NCBI RefSeq assembly: GCF_022045235.1 | Contig: NW_027266282.1 | Coordinates: 5,332,001 to 5,396,000 of the forward strand | DNA length: 64,000 bases | Source of the DNA: Haliotis cracherodii | Lineage: Eukaryota | Reading direction: 5' to 3' | Part shown: one piece after another, positions 51,501 to 63,757 of the stretch | Position numbering within the stretch: position 1 is the stretch's first letter | How the letters are laid out: each line of letters begins with the position of its first letter | Translations under genes and position numbers: made by a program | Notes under the pieces: generated by a model | What the model saw: the letters and a program-made list of their open reading frames with translations, nothing else | Told to the model about the DNA's origin: nothing | Database searches by the model: none

Positions 51501-54500
51501 TGACCTTCATGATGTTCGGGGAAGTGCCGGAACAGGTACTCCGATGCCACCAGTTGCAGGACAGTGTCTCCTAGAAACTCAAGTCTCTGGTTGTGACCAC
51601 TGTCAGAGAACAAACACAGTGAATTGTTTGATAGGTAGGCATGTCTAAGAAGTTGACAGTCTTGCTTGACAACGGTATAAGGATCTATAACGAAAACGTC
51701 GCCTTTACAGCAATTAAACAAGTCCATAAATTGTGTCTAGTTTGAGGAGAAACAGATTATAAATTTCTGATTCTCCTCATCTTCCTAATCCAAGTCTCAA
51801 TTTACAGCATACATACACAACAACTTGATTGGGTTTATTATGAAACACTTTGATCAATCTACCTAAATGACTGCTCATTTATCATAGCGGGTGGGGTAGG
51901 TCAACTTACAGTGTCAGCAGGTTGTAGCCCACGTTCCTCAGAGTGAAAGCCTTGGCCAGGAGACGAATGTGGGTATAGTTCACTCCAATGGACTCTTCAA
52001 ACGTCAGGAGTTTCTGAATACAGACAATACTGCATTTATGTGATGGATCAACGTTAGAGTGAGTTTGATGCAGTCCTGAACAATTACATGATGGATCAGC
52101 GATAGAGTGAGTTTGATGCAGTCCTGAACAATTACATGATGGATCAGCGATGAATGAGTTTGATGCAGTCCTGAACAATTACATGATGGATCAGCGTTAG
52201 AGTGAGTTTGATGCAGTCCTGAACAATTACATGATGGATCAGCGATAGAGTGAGTTTGATGCAGTTCGGAACAATTACATGATGGATCAGCGATAGAGTG
52301 AGTTTAATGCAGTCCTGAACAATTACATGATGGATCAGCGATAGAGTGAGTTTGATGCAGTCCTGAACAATTACATGATGGATCAGCGATAGAGTGAGTT
52401 TGATGCAGTCCGGAACAATTACATGATGGATCAACGTTAGAGTGAGTTTGATGCAGTCCTGAACAATTACATGATGGATCAGCGATAGAGTGAGTTTGAT
52501 GCAGTCCTGAACAATTACATGATGGATCAGCATTAGAGTGAGTTTAACGCATTCCTGAACAGTATTTCAAAGCAAATCTCAAAATCAGGACAAATCTTGG
52601 ATTCAAACCCATGATCAGCAGATCCTTGCATGAACAAGGGACACAACTCTAGAGACTAACAGAAACCTGTGCTCCCTTGTAACTACAGTAGAAGGCATGT
52701 ACCCTGATAACAACATAACTGAACGATGTCTCCTAATGGTTCATTTCACATTTTCTAGATAAGAAAAAACATTTCTTTCATTCCTTGTGTTTTCTTTTCA
52801 GCAGCAATATTCTCTCTGTCAGAAAGTGGCCTGTATATAATTGAGCCTGGGCCTGACAGTCCAGTGACTGATGTTACAAGCAACAATCTACACAATGCAA
52901 TCAACCAAGTCACAGTCACAGTGGTGACTCAGCATAACACGGCCGCCACAGGCTAATTTGCATATCATGTGACTGGACTTTTCTCTTGTTTGTAAACAAA
53001 CACACTTATTGTGAAATCAGAACAGACCGGGCTAATGCAACCCTTCGGGCTCTTTAGATACTGTTTTGAGTAATCTTATAGATATGCTCCTACAACTGCG
53101 ACAGTGAGTTGCATGACAATACATATTTACACATCACACGGACCGTATCGCTAGCTCTCCGTAGGGCTTCATGTCAGCATGTGGAGACGTACAACCAATG
53201 TAAACAATGGATAACTATGCAAATGGAAATAGTTTTTCATGTCTTAGGGTATTTCTCAATAAAAGTTAACCGTTCTATGACCATGTTTATCTAAACGTGT
53301 AGACTCGTGACAAAGTGAAACAGATTAAAAACAAATGCAATATCTTGAATGGACTGGATATGACGAATCGACACATGGCGCTGGCCTGTGACAGAGGAAC
53401 TATGATTGCTGCATGGAACTCTGGGTAGGAGGTGGCATTTGGCGTCTCCATCCAATCCATTAACTAACCTCAAACGGCCAGCTTAGGTGGCCGGAGACCA
53501 ATTCTACCCAGGAATCCCTAGAGGATCCTCACCTGTAGGATGAGAGCAATTCTACACTGGAATCCCCAGAAGATCCTCACCTGTAGGACCAGACCAATTC
53601 TACCCTGGAATCCCCAGAAGATCCTCACCTGTAGGACCAGACCAATTCTACCCTGGAATACACAGAAGATCCTCACCTGTAGGACGGGACCAATTCTACC
53701 CTGGAATACACAGAAGATCCTCACCTGTAGGACGAAGCTGGATTCAATCCAGTGTCTGTCACCATTCGGCTCCTCCTCCTGGAGTGGGTGCAAGGGGAGG
53801 TCATTCCAGACACTCAGCAGGTGCTCCTCCTCAAACAGGGTGCGTGCAAAGATCTGGTCAGCAAGCTCAATACCTCCATCTATGAACAGCGCCCCTGTCA
53901 GTATAGAAGACGTCATGCAGACAATTTCATCAACTGTTTCATGGGAATGAACATTAGTGAACATAAGGCGAACAGTATATGAACAGTAGGTGAACATTGG
54001 TGAAATGTAGGTGAATAGTAGGTGAACAGTAGATGAACATTTGTGAACTGTAGGTGAACAGTAGATGAACATTGGTGAACTGTAGGTGAACATTGGTGAA
54101 TTGTAGGTGAATAGTAGGTGAACAGTAGATGAACATTGGTGAACTGTAGGTGAACTGTAGGTGAACATTGGTGAACTGTAGGTGAACAGTAGATGAACAT
54201 TGGTGAACTGTAGGTGAACATTGGTGAACTGTAGGTGAACATTGGTGAACAGTAGGTAAACATTAGTAACAAAAGTCATCAGAAAGATGTCTGCAGCTGA
54301 TGAAAGATGTCCCCGGCAGCTGTGTGTAAAGTAGCCACAAGTAAATGTGCAATTCTGTATGTAATGAGTCAAGAGTTGAATGTTCTTGAAGAAGCATACA
54401 TTCTTTACCCACAAAAGATCCACCATGGTCGCATCCATATGAAATGGAAAGTAAAACAAGTGTGTTTCTGTGGGTTTTTTTTTAAGCAAATGACAAATTA

Positions 54501-57500
54501 CAAGAAACAATAACTAAACAAGCGTATAGTCAACAAAGTCATCTATATCCCCTGCCCATTTTAACAGGTTATGGTCCTAAACCAGGTAACTGAACCAACA
54601 TTTCTCTTAGCTCAGGTCAAAATAGCTGCAATAGAAATTCTAAAATAATTATTTCTAAAACTCCTTAATATCAAATGGCACCAGTTCAGTATGTGCTTTA
54701 TATATAGACATGCAATGTTTGGCAAGGAAACATTTAACAGTTTATTTGTTTATTTGTTATACTCCATAAGTGAACCCACCCTATATTAAAACTTAATTCT
54801 AACTTGTTGCCATGGAAACGTAAAAAAATAAAAATTTATAAAATTCCTAAACAGCAAAAGGCACCAGTTCAGCATGAGTCTGATAGACATGCAAAGTTTT
54901 GTTAGAAAGTTTTGAATGGGTTTTGAGTTATGCTCCGGAAACAAACTCTACCCTAGAGAACCTAAGTCCAACTTGTTGCCATGGATACATATTTTTTTTT
55001 TTTTTAAATTCCTAAATAGCAAAAGACACCAGTTCAGTATGTGCCTGGTAGACATGCAAAGTTTTGTAAGGAAGTATTTAACAGTTTTTGAGTTACGCTC
55101 CGGAAATGAACATCACCCTTATAGATCCTAAGTCCAACCTGTTGCCATGGAAACGTAAAAAAAAATTAAATTCCTATATAACAAAAGGCACAAATTCAGT
55201 ATGTGACTGATAGCCCCGGAAAAGGAAATGATTACAGACGTACAGACAGACTGGCTGATATTATATGCCGGGGGGATAAAAATTAGTGAAAATGAGTATG
55301 CTCCATGCTAAGCAGAATGTTTCACCTGAGGTGTGTTCAGGAGGGAGGGCACTCGCGATATTACGTGAGCGCAGTGTTGAACACGGCTGATGCATTGCCG
55401 CGAGAGCAAGCATACGCCTCCCGTTCAGAAAGACATCATATTGCCTTGCAGTACTCTTGTGGGGTCGCTCATCCTCCTGAACACTCCTCTGGCATCTTTC
55501 CCAGATGCAGCAGTCCAAGTCCAATCAAAATCGTGTAACAAAATCAACATCAAATTCGTAAATTGCCGGATTTGCAAACCATGTGTACCATCAACTTAGC
55601 GTCATGTGATTTTCTGCACTTTGAGAAGTAAGACCCATTTTATTTCAATATACATTATTGATCAGATCATCGTCACTGGGCGCTGCCATTTTGTTTGAAG
55701 CAAATGCAAGTTATATGGGAGGTGGAATCTGATTGTTCAATGAGGGACATAGATGGCACATAACTCATAATAGCCACTGATGGCGTTATGATTGACCCAC
55801 AAAATTCAAGCCTAGTTCAGCAAGGATGGAAACTCAATCTCATCAAAATCAGATCTTAGTTCTTGCTAAGCATGCTAAGGCTGAACAAAGATCTGAGGTC
55901 ATCCCATTACGGGTCACGTCAGACCGACCTTTTCACAAACTTTGACCGACCAATGGAATGACTGACAAGAAGCTGACATTAGCCACTCAGAGACAGCTTT
56001 CTCACGCTTTAAGACACTAATTCAAATTTGCGATTACGCTTTCGAAATGTATTATGACAAATTCTCGATCCAAAATTTGAAACCTGAACAAAAGAACATT
56101 CTGGAAAGACTAATAGATGGTCTGGATTGTATGGATTCAGTCATTAAGGCCGAATCATTCGTTCGGAATACCCCGTGTTAAAGTTTTCGAGGTTGCATGA
56201 TTAGAAATCACATTCGCATAAGTAACAGATGCACCTACCCATGAGTGCCTCGAAGCAGTTGGCCATCGCGTGGCGGAGATCGGACTCGTGACACAGGTCT
56301 GGTCCGTGGGCGTACAGCATGAAGTCTTGTAGGTGGAGTTTCTGTCAAACCAGTGGTTGACATCATGAGCAACATCACTTAAATACTTAAGAAAAACAGC
56401 TATTTGTGTGTTAGTTTTATTCCAAGAACATTGTGATTTGAGCATGACAAAAAGCAATTACCTTTGCTAGAACAGCCAGATGTTGATTCTGAACAATGGC
56501 TGTTCTATAAGTTGACAAGCCTCCCTCCTCAAGCCAGGGAAACATGTAAAACAGGTGCACACTGAAACAGACACAAAAATGCATTGCAATAAAACTCGAG
56601 GACTGGGGACATAAGTTTTAGCAGGATCACGACTGGTACACAGGGTTTTATGCATCCCATGTTAGGTTTTTATATTAGGTTAGCTATAAAACCTAAATAG
56701 GGACGCATAAAACCCTGCGTACCCTCATGATCCTGCTACAACAAGTTTTATTCTGACATTGTAAAGAATACAAACAAATTCAAAATTTATAGAAAACAGC
56801 TGTTTGATTGAACTGCGGATCAATAACTTATGCTATCCGACGTGACTTCCATTGACTCAGAAAAAGCGTGAGGCTTTTTGCTTTGAAGTTTGGAATAAGG
56901 GATCTATTCTGCCTCTCAGAGGTCCATGTGAAGCCTGACTTGCTCGTGGTGGGGTGTAAGAGATTTATTCCCCTCCAAGGCAGGATACACAGTATTTTAT
57001 CAAGATTACATGGACCAATATGATCTCATCATTCGGACATGTAGGTATGATAAATGTTTTTTATGAAATTCTGTAATAAGTGAGTGCATGGACATTAAAA
57101 AGCATCTTCACTATCATAACAATATCATAACAATATCATAGCACTTTCTTTGCATTACCTTGTTAATATGTTAGTAATATCATCGCATTATATCATCACA
57201 ATGTCTCAGCAATATCATTGCATTGTCTCAGCAATATCATAGCATTCACCATTCTCATCTCCCTGGGGAGTATACAACACAACCTGCCTTTTAAGGCTGT
57301 CAAAGTTTTTATTCACATTACCTTGTAGTATCTCAACCTACCGGGTACCCATTCACTGCTGAGTTAAGAGAGGCATATCTCAAACAAAGTCATGTGTCTG
57401 AGGCAACGGCACATGCTACATGCTGGGAGGGACAAAAGCCTGGACAGGAGTCAAGCTTGTGAACATCTACCCCGCTTTCCACGTTCACACAGGACCAAAG

Positions 57501-60500
57501 TCTGCAAGTGTTTCGTCAAACCAGTGGTTGATGTTGTGAGCATTGATCCCTCCATATGGGTATAATGACTCACTGCACAAGCCAGACCTGTGAAGTATCT
57601 CCAGACTGACCTGGACAAGAACTCGACGACGGCATCTCCGAGGAACTCCAGCCTCTCATTGTGTGGGATCATGGACATGGACTCCTGCTTGTTGCCCATG
57701 CGGGACATGATGTCGATCAGGATGTTGATTCCTGGAAACAGACAAAGGAGTAAACAAGCCTTGCACCCTTTAAAGTAGGCTTTTGTTTGTTTGTTGTTTA
57801 ACGCCACACTCAACAATATTCCAGCTATATGACAGTGATCCACGCAATTGGGATACGATCATGCATCAACCAAGTCAGCGAGCCTGACCACCCGATCCTG
57901 TTAGTCGCCTCTTACAACAAGCATAGTCGCCTTTTAAGGCAAGCATGGGTTAACCCAGATCTTCATGGGTCTTACAGTAGCCCACAAGGAGGTGGGATGG
58001 GGTGAAATGGGGTTTAACATTGCCTTCCAGTTTACAGCACATAGATTGCTGTGTGTGTGTGCGTGTGTGTGCGTGTGAGTGCATGAGTGAGTGAGTGTGT
58101 GTGCGTGCNNNNNNNNNNNNNNNNNNNNNNNNNNNNNNNNNNNNNNNNNNNNNNNNNNNNNNNNNNNNNNNNNNNNNNNNNNNNNNNNNNNNNNNNNNNN
58201 NNNNNNNNNNNNNNNNNNNNNNNNNNNNNNNNNNNNNNNNNNNNNNNNNNNNNNNNNNNNNNNNNNNNNNNNNNNNNNNNNNNNNNNNNNNNNNNNNNNN
58301 NNNNNNNNNNNNNNNGTAGTCCAGACAAAGGCCGGTTTTACAGTGCTAGCCCCCTGAGATACCAATCTTCAGTTTAACATGAATACCCCACTCAGACATA
58401 GTATACTGACTCTGAGCCGACCAGTCCTTGCCTTAGCCCCTTAACGCCAAGCACCAGGCAGGGTAACAACAAGTACCATCTTTTTAACTTCTTTTGGTAT
58501 GATGTGGCTGGGGGTAAAACCACCAACCTTCCTCATTCTGGTCAGATGTTATCCACTAGGCCATGGAGGCAGTCATCTCTATCTGAACCGAGGAAATAGA
58601 GAATCTCACCCGAGTGTCTTTTGGTATCAAATATATCAACACGAGTTGATAAAAGTGGAAAAATTCCGAGGCTTGCCGAGGATATTTGCCATTTTTATCA
58701 ACGAGTGTTGATATATTTGATATCCAAAGACACGAGGGTGAGATTTTATTTATCATCCAACATCATTCTTCCAACTTTTTCTATTCGTAGACAGTAATTA
58801 CCAGTGTCTAAGTGTAAAAAGTACTGCTAACAGCTTTAGCAGCAGAGCCATTAGTGATGTCATTTGATTGTGACGTCATGGTAACCAGTGACGTCACAAT
58901 GGTCTGCAAAGCATTGTGATGTAATTTCGTTGCAGCGATATCTACGTGTAGATATCGCTTGATCTCACCCAAGCGATATCTCCTGTGGGAGCCAGTTTTG
59001 GATGATAAACAATTTTTAATTTTTCTTGGTACTGCTTCACTTAAACGTCACCTCTCTTCCTGGTGTGGACGTAGTGTATCTTCCTGTCTCCGTACTCCAC
59101 CTGTCTCATTCCACAGTTGGCCAGGGAGTTGCGGGCGTGGTCCGGGTTGGTCCCGTAGTTCACGCGGTAGGAAGTGTGGGTCAACGCAAGCTGTAACAGG
59201 AAAAAAAAATAGTGACTATCAGCCAAGCGTGTTTATATATCATAAATATATCTTAGGATTACAAATGTATAATAAAAGCCTTAGGTGGGCATGATTCATA
59301 GTTGTATTTAGGATATATGATATATCATTGCAAATAACCAAAGATGTCATCATCAAACAATTTTTTCACAATGTCAGACAGTTTTTTGTCACATCGCTTC
59401 CAGCTAAAGATTCACCGAGATGATCTGACATTTGCAACTTCTTGCAACTAAGAATTCCATATTATCTTTCCCTCATGCCATAATGTTCAAGTCCCGTCAA
59501 GACTCAAGACTACAAACTTAATTCCCTCCGGCCAACAACCTGCAGTTCCTCGTCGGTGATGCTACAGCAGACGAAGTCTCACCTGGAGGAGGCCCCTGTC
59601 CTTGAAGTCATACTGGAGATGCTTCTCCAAGACTCCCAGACATCGGTGGAATCGCAGGTGGCAGAACAGGACCGGCAGCAACATCGCGTGCTGAAACAAA
59701 GCAAGGAGACCTCACACTGTAATAAACCTGTTTGTTCAGGCCAGGTTCACACAGTGCCGATTATGGCTCCCGTTTGAGATCAGACAGCACTACGACATGA
59801 AGAGTGAAAAAGTCTGATTACTATCCTAAATGATCTGGAATGTCCTATCATTGTCTGAACGCAATCGTATACGTTCATAACAGAGTCCTATGGATCAAGA
59901 GGTCCAGAGAAGTCGGCCTGGGACTCCCAACGGTATGGTGCGTCCCATAAAATTTGGGAAACTCAGCCGATTTTGTCGTGACTAGCATGCCTAAGGGACG
60001 CAACTCTACACAGCAAATAGTGGCACCTTAGGCCACCTGTGACCCCCATTGCCAAGACATAGCACACAATTATTAAGGACACATGATAATTAGCTCAAAA
60101 TATAACTACTGACAGGTCAGAAAGTGTCAATCATCCGGATATATCGGCAATCTTGGCATGATCCGATTTACATCCTGTTAACAACCTCCCTGACAGATGT
60201 CACATCTGATTCCTTCCCGTTAACAAACTACTTGACAGATTTTGGATTTGATTCTTTCCCGTTAACAACCTACTTGACAGATGTCAGATCTGATTCCATC
60301 CCGTTAACAACCTACTTGACAGATGTCAGATCTGATTCCATCCCGTTAACAACCTACCTGACAGATGTCAGATCTGATTCCATCCCGTTAACAACCTACC
60401 TGACGGATCTTATTCCATCCCGTTAACAACCTACCTGACAGATGTCAGATCTGATTCCATCCCGTTAACAACCTACTTGACAGATGTCAGATCTGATTCC

Positions 60501-62954
60501 ATTCCGTTAACAACCTACCTGACGGATCTTATTCCATCCCGTTAACAACCTACCTCACAGATGTCAGATCTGATTCCATCCCATTAACAACCTACTTGAC
60601 AGATGTCAGATCTGATTCCATTCCGTTAACAACCTACCTGACAGAGGTCAGATCTGATTCCATCCCGTTAACAACTACCTGACAGATGTCAGATCTGATT
60701 CCATTCCGTTAACAACCTACCTGACAGATGTCAGATCTGATTCCATCCCGTTAACAAACTACCTGAGAGATGTCAGATCTGATTCCATTCCGTTAACAAC
60801 CTACCTGACAGATGTCAGATCTGATTCCATCCCGTTAACAACCTACCTGACAGATATCGGATCTGATTCCTTCCCGTTAACAACCTACCTGACAGATATC
60901 GGATCTGATTCCTTCCCGTTAACAACCTACCTGACAGATATCGGATCTGATTCCTTCCCGTTAACAAACTACTTGACAGATATCGGATCTGATTCCTTGC
61001 CGTTAACAACCTACCTGACAGATATCGGATCTGACCCCCGTTAACAACCTACCTGACAGATATCGGATCTGAACCCATTAACAACCTACCTGACAGATAT
61101 CGGATCTGAACCCGTTAACAACCTACCTGACAGATGTCGGATCTGACCCCGTTAACAACCTACCTGACAGATATCGGATCTGATTCCTTCCCGTTAACAA
61201 CCTACCTGACAGATGTCGGATCTGACCCCCGTTAACAACCTACCTGACAGATATCGGATCTGATTCCTTCCCGTAATCAACCTACCTGACAGATATCAGA
61301 TCTGATTCCTTCCCGTTAACAACCTACCTGACAGATATCGGATCTGATTCCTTCCCGTTAACAACCTACCTGACAGATATCGGATCTGACCCCCGTTTAC
61401 AACCTACCTGACAGATATCGGATCTGAACCCTGTTAACAATTTACCTGACAGATGTCGGATCTGACCCCCGTTAACAACCTACCTGACAGATATCGGATC
61501 TGATTCCTTCCCGTTAACAACCTACCTGACAGATGTCGGATCTGATTCCTTCCCGTTAACAACCTACCTGACAGATATCGGATCTGACCCCCGTTAACAA
61601 CCTACCTGACAGATATCGGATCTGACCCCGTTAACAACCTACCTGACAGATGTCAGATCTGACCCCTGTTAACAACCTACCTGACAGATGTCAGATCTGA
61701 CCCCGTTAACAACCTACCTGACAGATATCGGATCTGATTCCTTCCCGTTAACAACCTACCTGACAGATATCGGATCTGATTCCTTCCCGTTAACAACCTA
61801 CCTGACAGATATCGGATCTGACCCCCGTTAACAACCTACCTGACAGATATCGGATCTGAACCCCGTTAACAACCTACCTGACAGATGTCGGATCTGACCC
61901 CTGTTAACAACCTACCTGACAGATATCGGATCTGATTCCTTCCCGTTAACAACCTACCTGACAGATATCGGATCTGATTCCTTCCCGTTAACAACCTACC
62001 TGACAGATATCGGATCTGACCCCCGTTAACAACCTACCTGACAGATATCGGATCTGACCCCCGTCCTGATGAATCCCTCACTGCTGATCTCGACCGTCAC
62101 TTCTCGCTTCATTGTGCTGGACAACAAACATTATGCGTAAGATAAAATATCTTAAAAAATCTGAGCCACATATTTACACAGATAATTTTTATTTTAATTG
62201 TTTGTTTGTGGTTTAATGCCAAACTCAGCAATATTCCAATTATATAACGCTGGCCTATAATCGACCAGACCATTGAGTGATCGATATTGAGAGCAATGAT
62301 CCATGTTGTAGGCCGCCTTTTGGTGATTATCAAGGCGAATTGGTCAGTTAAAGCAAAGTTATATAATTACATGCACTTTTCAGGGATTCTCAAACCTGAT
62401 TGGTCAGTTGAAGCAATGAGACAAGTGTAATTAGTGATTCTCAAACCTGATTGGTCAGTTAAAGCAGTGTAACACATGCTTTTCAATGATTCTCAAACCT
62501 GATTGGTCAGTTAAAGCAGTGTAACACATGCTTTTCAATGATTCTCAAACCTGATTGGTCAGTTGAAGCAATGAGATAAGTGTTGTCTGTGATTCTCAAA
62601 CCTGATTAATCAGTTAAAGCAGTGTAAAACATGCTTTTCAGTGATTCTCAAACCTGATTGGTCAGTTAAAGAAGTGTAAAACATGCTTTTCAGTGATTCT
62701 CAAACCTGATTGGTCAGTTAAAGCAGTGTAACACATGCTTTTCAGTGATTCTCAAACCTGACTGGTCAGTTGAAGCAATGAGACCCCCTATTTGTGCGTG
62801 AGGGCGTCAGTGAGCCCGGACTCACCTCTTCATCCTCAGCTCCTGCAGCTGCTGCACCTTCAGCTCCAGCTTCAGCTTGTCGTTGGCCGTCACCTTCGGC
62901 TTGGAGTTGAGCAGGTGCTTGTACTTCACATACTGCTTCCACGCCTTCTGGTAG
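42508..62954 (-). CDS. DROSHA: Drosha ribonuclease III, 3' part (15 coding exons; 5' exons lie beyond the window)
   Basis: complement join: 62826..62954, 62038..62116, 59583..59690, 59052..59190, 57611..57731, 56462..56561, 56239..56341, 53725..53894, 51910..52013, 51494..51599, 48749..48890, 47874..47956, 46192..46298, 44874..45019, 42508..42608 (TGA at 42508-42510). All GT-AG and in phase. Peptides [77 protein letters not shown] match Drosha RIIIDa, RIIIDb and dsRBD. Confidence 0.97.
43145..44780. repeat. Complex minisatellite of (CAGGT)/(CACAC) blocks in the last Drosha intron
   Basis: Variable units such as caggtcacacagccagt; source of the spurious 522-aa ORF. Confidence 0.92.
45197..46248 (-). 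repeat. Tandem repeat (~46-61 bp) containing a Drosha exon end plus 5' splice site, interrupted by SINEs
   Basis: Unit in transcript sense GTGTTGTCTGACCCTGAGAGAG..CCGGACATACCTGTCTATAA|GTAA, i.e. the exon 46192-46298 tail plus donor. Confidence 0.9.
47688..47838 (-). mobile_element. tRNA-derived SINE family B
   Basis: On the - strand: A-box-like TAGCTTAGTGG, B-box GGTTCGATTCC, GTC at the anticodon-like position, and an (ACTC)n tail. Other copies at about 41160-41300, 45498-45655, 45714-45865, 50138-50376 and 63418-63542. Confidence 0.85.
48883..49988 (-). repeat. 40-bp tandem repeat (~27 copies) containing a Drosha 3' splice site
   Basis: Unit in transcript sense TGTTAAATACGTCTGTATGTGTCCTCTGCAG|CTGCTGAGA. 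Confidence 0.95.
51291..51466. repeat. (CAT/TAT)n microsatellite
   Basis: Direct reading. Confidence 0.95.
52041..52560. repeat. 48-bp tandem repeat, ~11 copies
   Basis: tgatggatca at 52041, 52089 etc. Confidence 0.93.
53498..53732 (-). repeat. 48-bp tandem repeat (5 copies) containing a Drosha 5' splice site
   Basis: acctgtagga at 53531, 53579, 53627, 53675 and 53723, i.e. CCTACAG|GTGAGG in transcript sense. Confidence 0.93.
53947..54265. repeat. Short-period (10-11 bp) GTGAAC minisatellite
   Basis: gtgaacattg / gtgaactgtag blocks. Confidence 0.9.
54517..55279 (-). mobile_element. Helentron-associated non-autonomous element (HINE/pearl-like)
   Basis: AACAAG at one end and GGGGGATAA at the other, short subterminal inverted match (tatcccc), an (ACAG)n microsatellite, and about four internal tandem units of ~165-180 bp. 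Confidence 0.55.
56619..56738. mobile_element. Small fold-back MITE with TAG..CTA ends
   Basis: TAGCAGGATCA..CAGGGTTTTATGC is inverted to GCATAAAACCCTG..TGATCCTGCTA; no clean TSD. Confidence 0.55.
57781..57971 (-). mobile_element. Short retroposon family A, internally deleted copy
   Basis: Same head and tail as 2911-3176. More degenerate pieces lie at about 2347-2503, 3430-3610, 25860-26070, 52800-52910 and 62200-62325. Confidence 0.8.
58109..58315. other. Assembly gap (N run) next to a (GT)n tract
   Basis: Run of N. Confidence 1.
58595..59002. repeat. Interspersed palindromic repeat family (long hairpin plus short hairpin)
   Basis: Imperfect palindrome of about 155 bp (58595-58750) centred on CGAGGCTTGCCGAG. 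Hairpin GATATCGCTT..AAGCGATATC. A related inverted copy lies at about 2078-2256. Confidence 0.7.
60177..62063 (-). repeat. 39-42-bp tandem repeat (~45 copies) containing a Drosha exon end plus 5' splice site
   Basis: Unit in transcript sense ACGGGGGTCAGATCCGATATCTGTCAG|GTAGGTTGTTA (TGVRSDICQ + donor). Confidence 0.95.
62335..62782. repeat. ~52-bp tandem repeat, 8-9 copies
   Basis: gattctcaaacctgattggtcagtt recurs every 51-52 bp. Confidence 0.9.
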
Positions 62955-63132
62955 CTGTAGCAAGAGAGGCAATGTAGTCATCTCACAGCCAGCAATATTC
63001 AACCTATTTCAAAGGAGTCTCAAATCTGGGCCTGGCACCCAGTGACGTACACCAATGTCCCACTTTGTTTCAATGTTCACTCACATCAGCAAAGAAACAA
63101 ACATTTTTAGTCCACTAGTCCTTATAATGATA

Positions 63133-63406
63133 GGGGGCATGGGTGGTCAAGTTGTCTGAGGCGCCTTGCTTCGCTGTGCAGAGTTGCGTCCCTTGGGCAC
63201 ACCAGATCCTATGATTGTGGGTTCGAATCCCAGTTCACTCCGACTATGTTTCTAGGTTTGTCAGCACCATACCTGTGCTCATTGGTTTCACCAAAGTGGT
63301 AAACGTCTGAGACTTGCATCAAGTCGGGCTTTCCTCCCACATTAAGCTCACATGCTGCGAAATAACTGTAATACTGTTAAAAGCGGCGTTAAACCCAACT
63401 CACTCA
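63133..63406 (+). mobile_element. tRNA-derived SINE family C
   Basis: Head with A-box-like TGGTCAAGTTG and B-box GGTTCGAATCC, plus a tail shared with families A and B. TSD CCTTAT(A/T)ATGA. Related fragments at about 465-572, 45260-45410 and 59990-60055. Confidence 0.75.
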
Positions 63407-63757
63407 CCTTATTATGAGTGAGTGAGTTTGGTTTTACGCCGCTTTTAGCAATATTCCAGCAATATTACGGCGGGGGACACCAGAAATGGGCTTCACACAT
63501 TGTACCCATGTCGGGATTCGAACCCGGGTCTTTGGCGTGACGCACCTTATTATGATAACATATAGCAAAACATTTAATAATGGCAAATATCTATTAGTCC
63601 TTATGATACCTTAAACTAATAGGCAGTTGGGCATGGACTATAGGACAATTTCTAATGCTGAGTCTGCAGTGACTCCATTATACAATATATCATGTGACTA
63701 ACCATGGGTCCGGGTAGTCCTATTCTTTTTCTGCGTCCATTCTCAACATTTCTGTGA

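Noticed and set aside
51184-51648. His/Tyr-rich and Met/Ile-rich ORFs
   Set aside because: (CAT/TAT)n microsatellite translations overlapping a Drosha exon.
57934-58377. ORFs containing X runs
   Set aside because: Artefacts of the N gap.
42508-62954. Dicer as alternative identity
   Set aside because: Drosha-specific peptides ([34 protein letters not shown]) are present.
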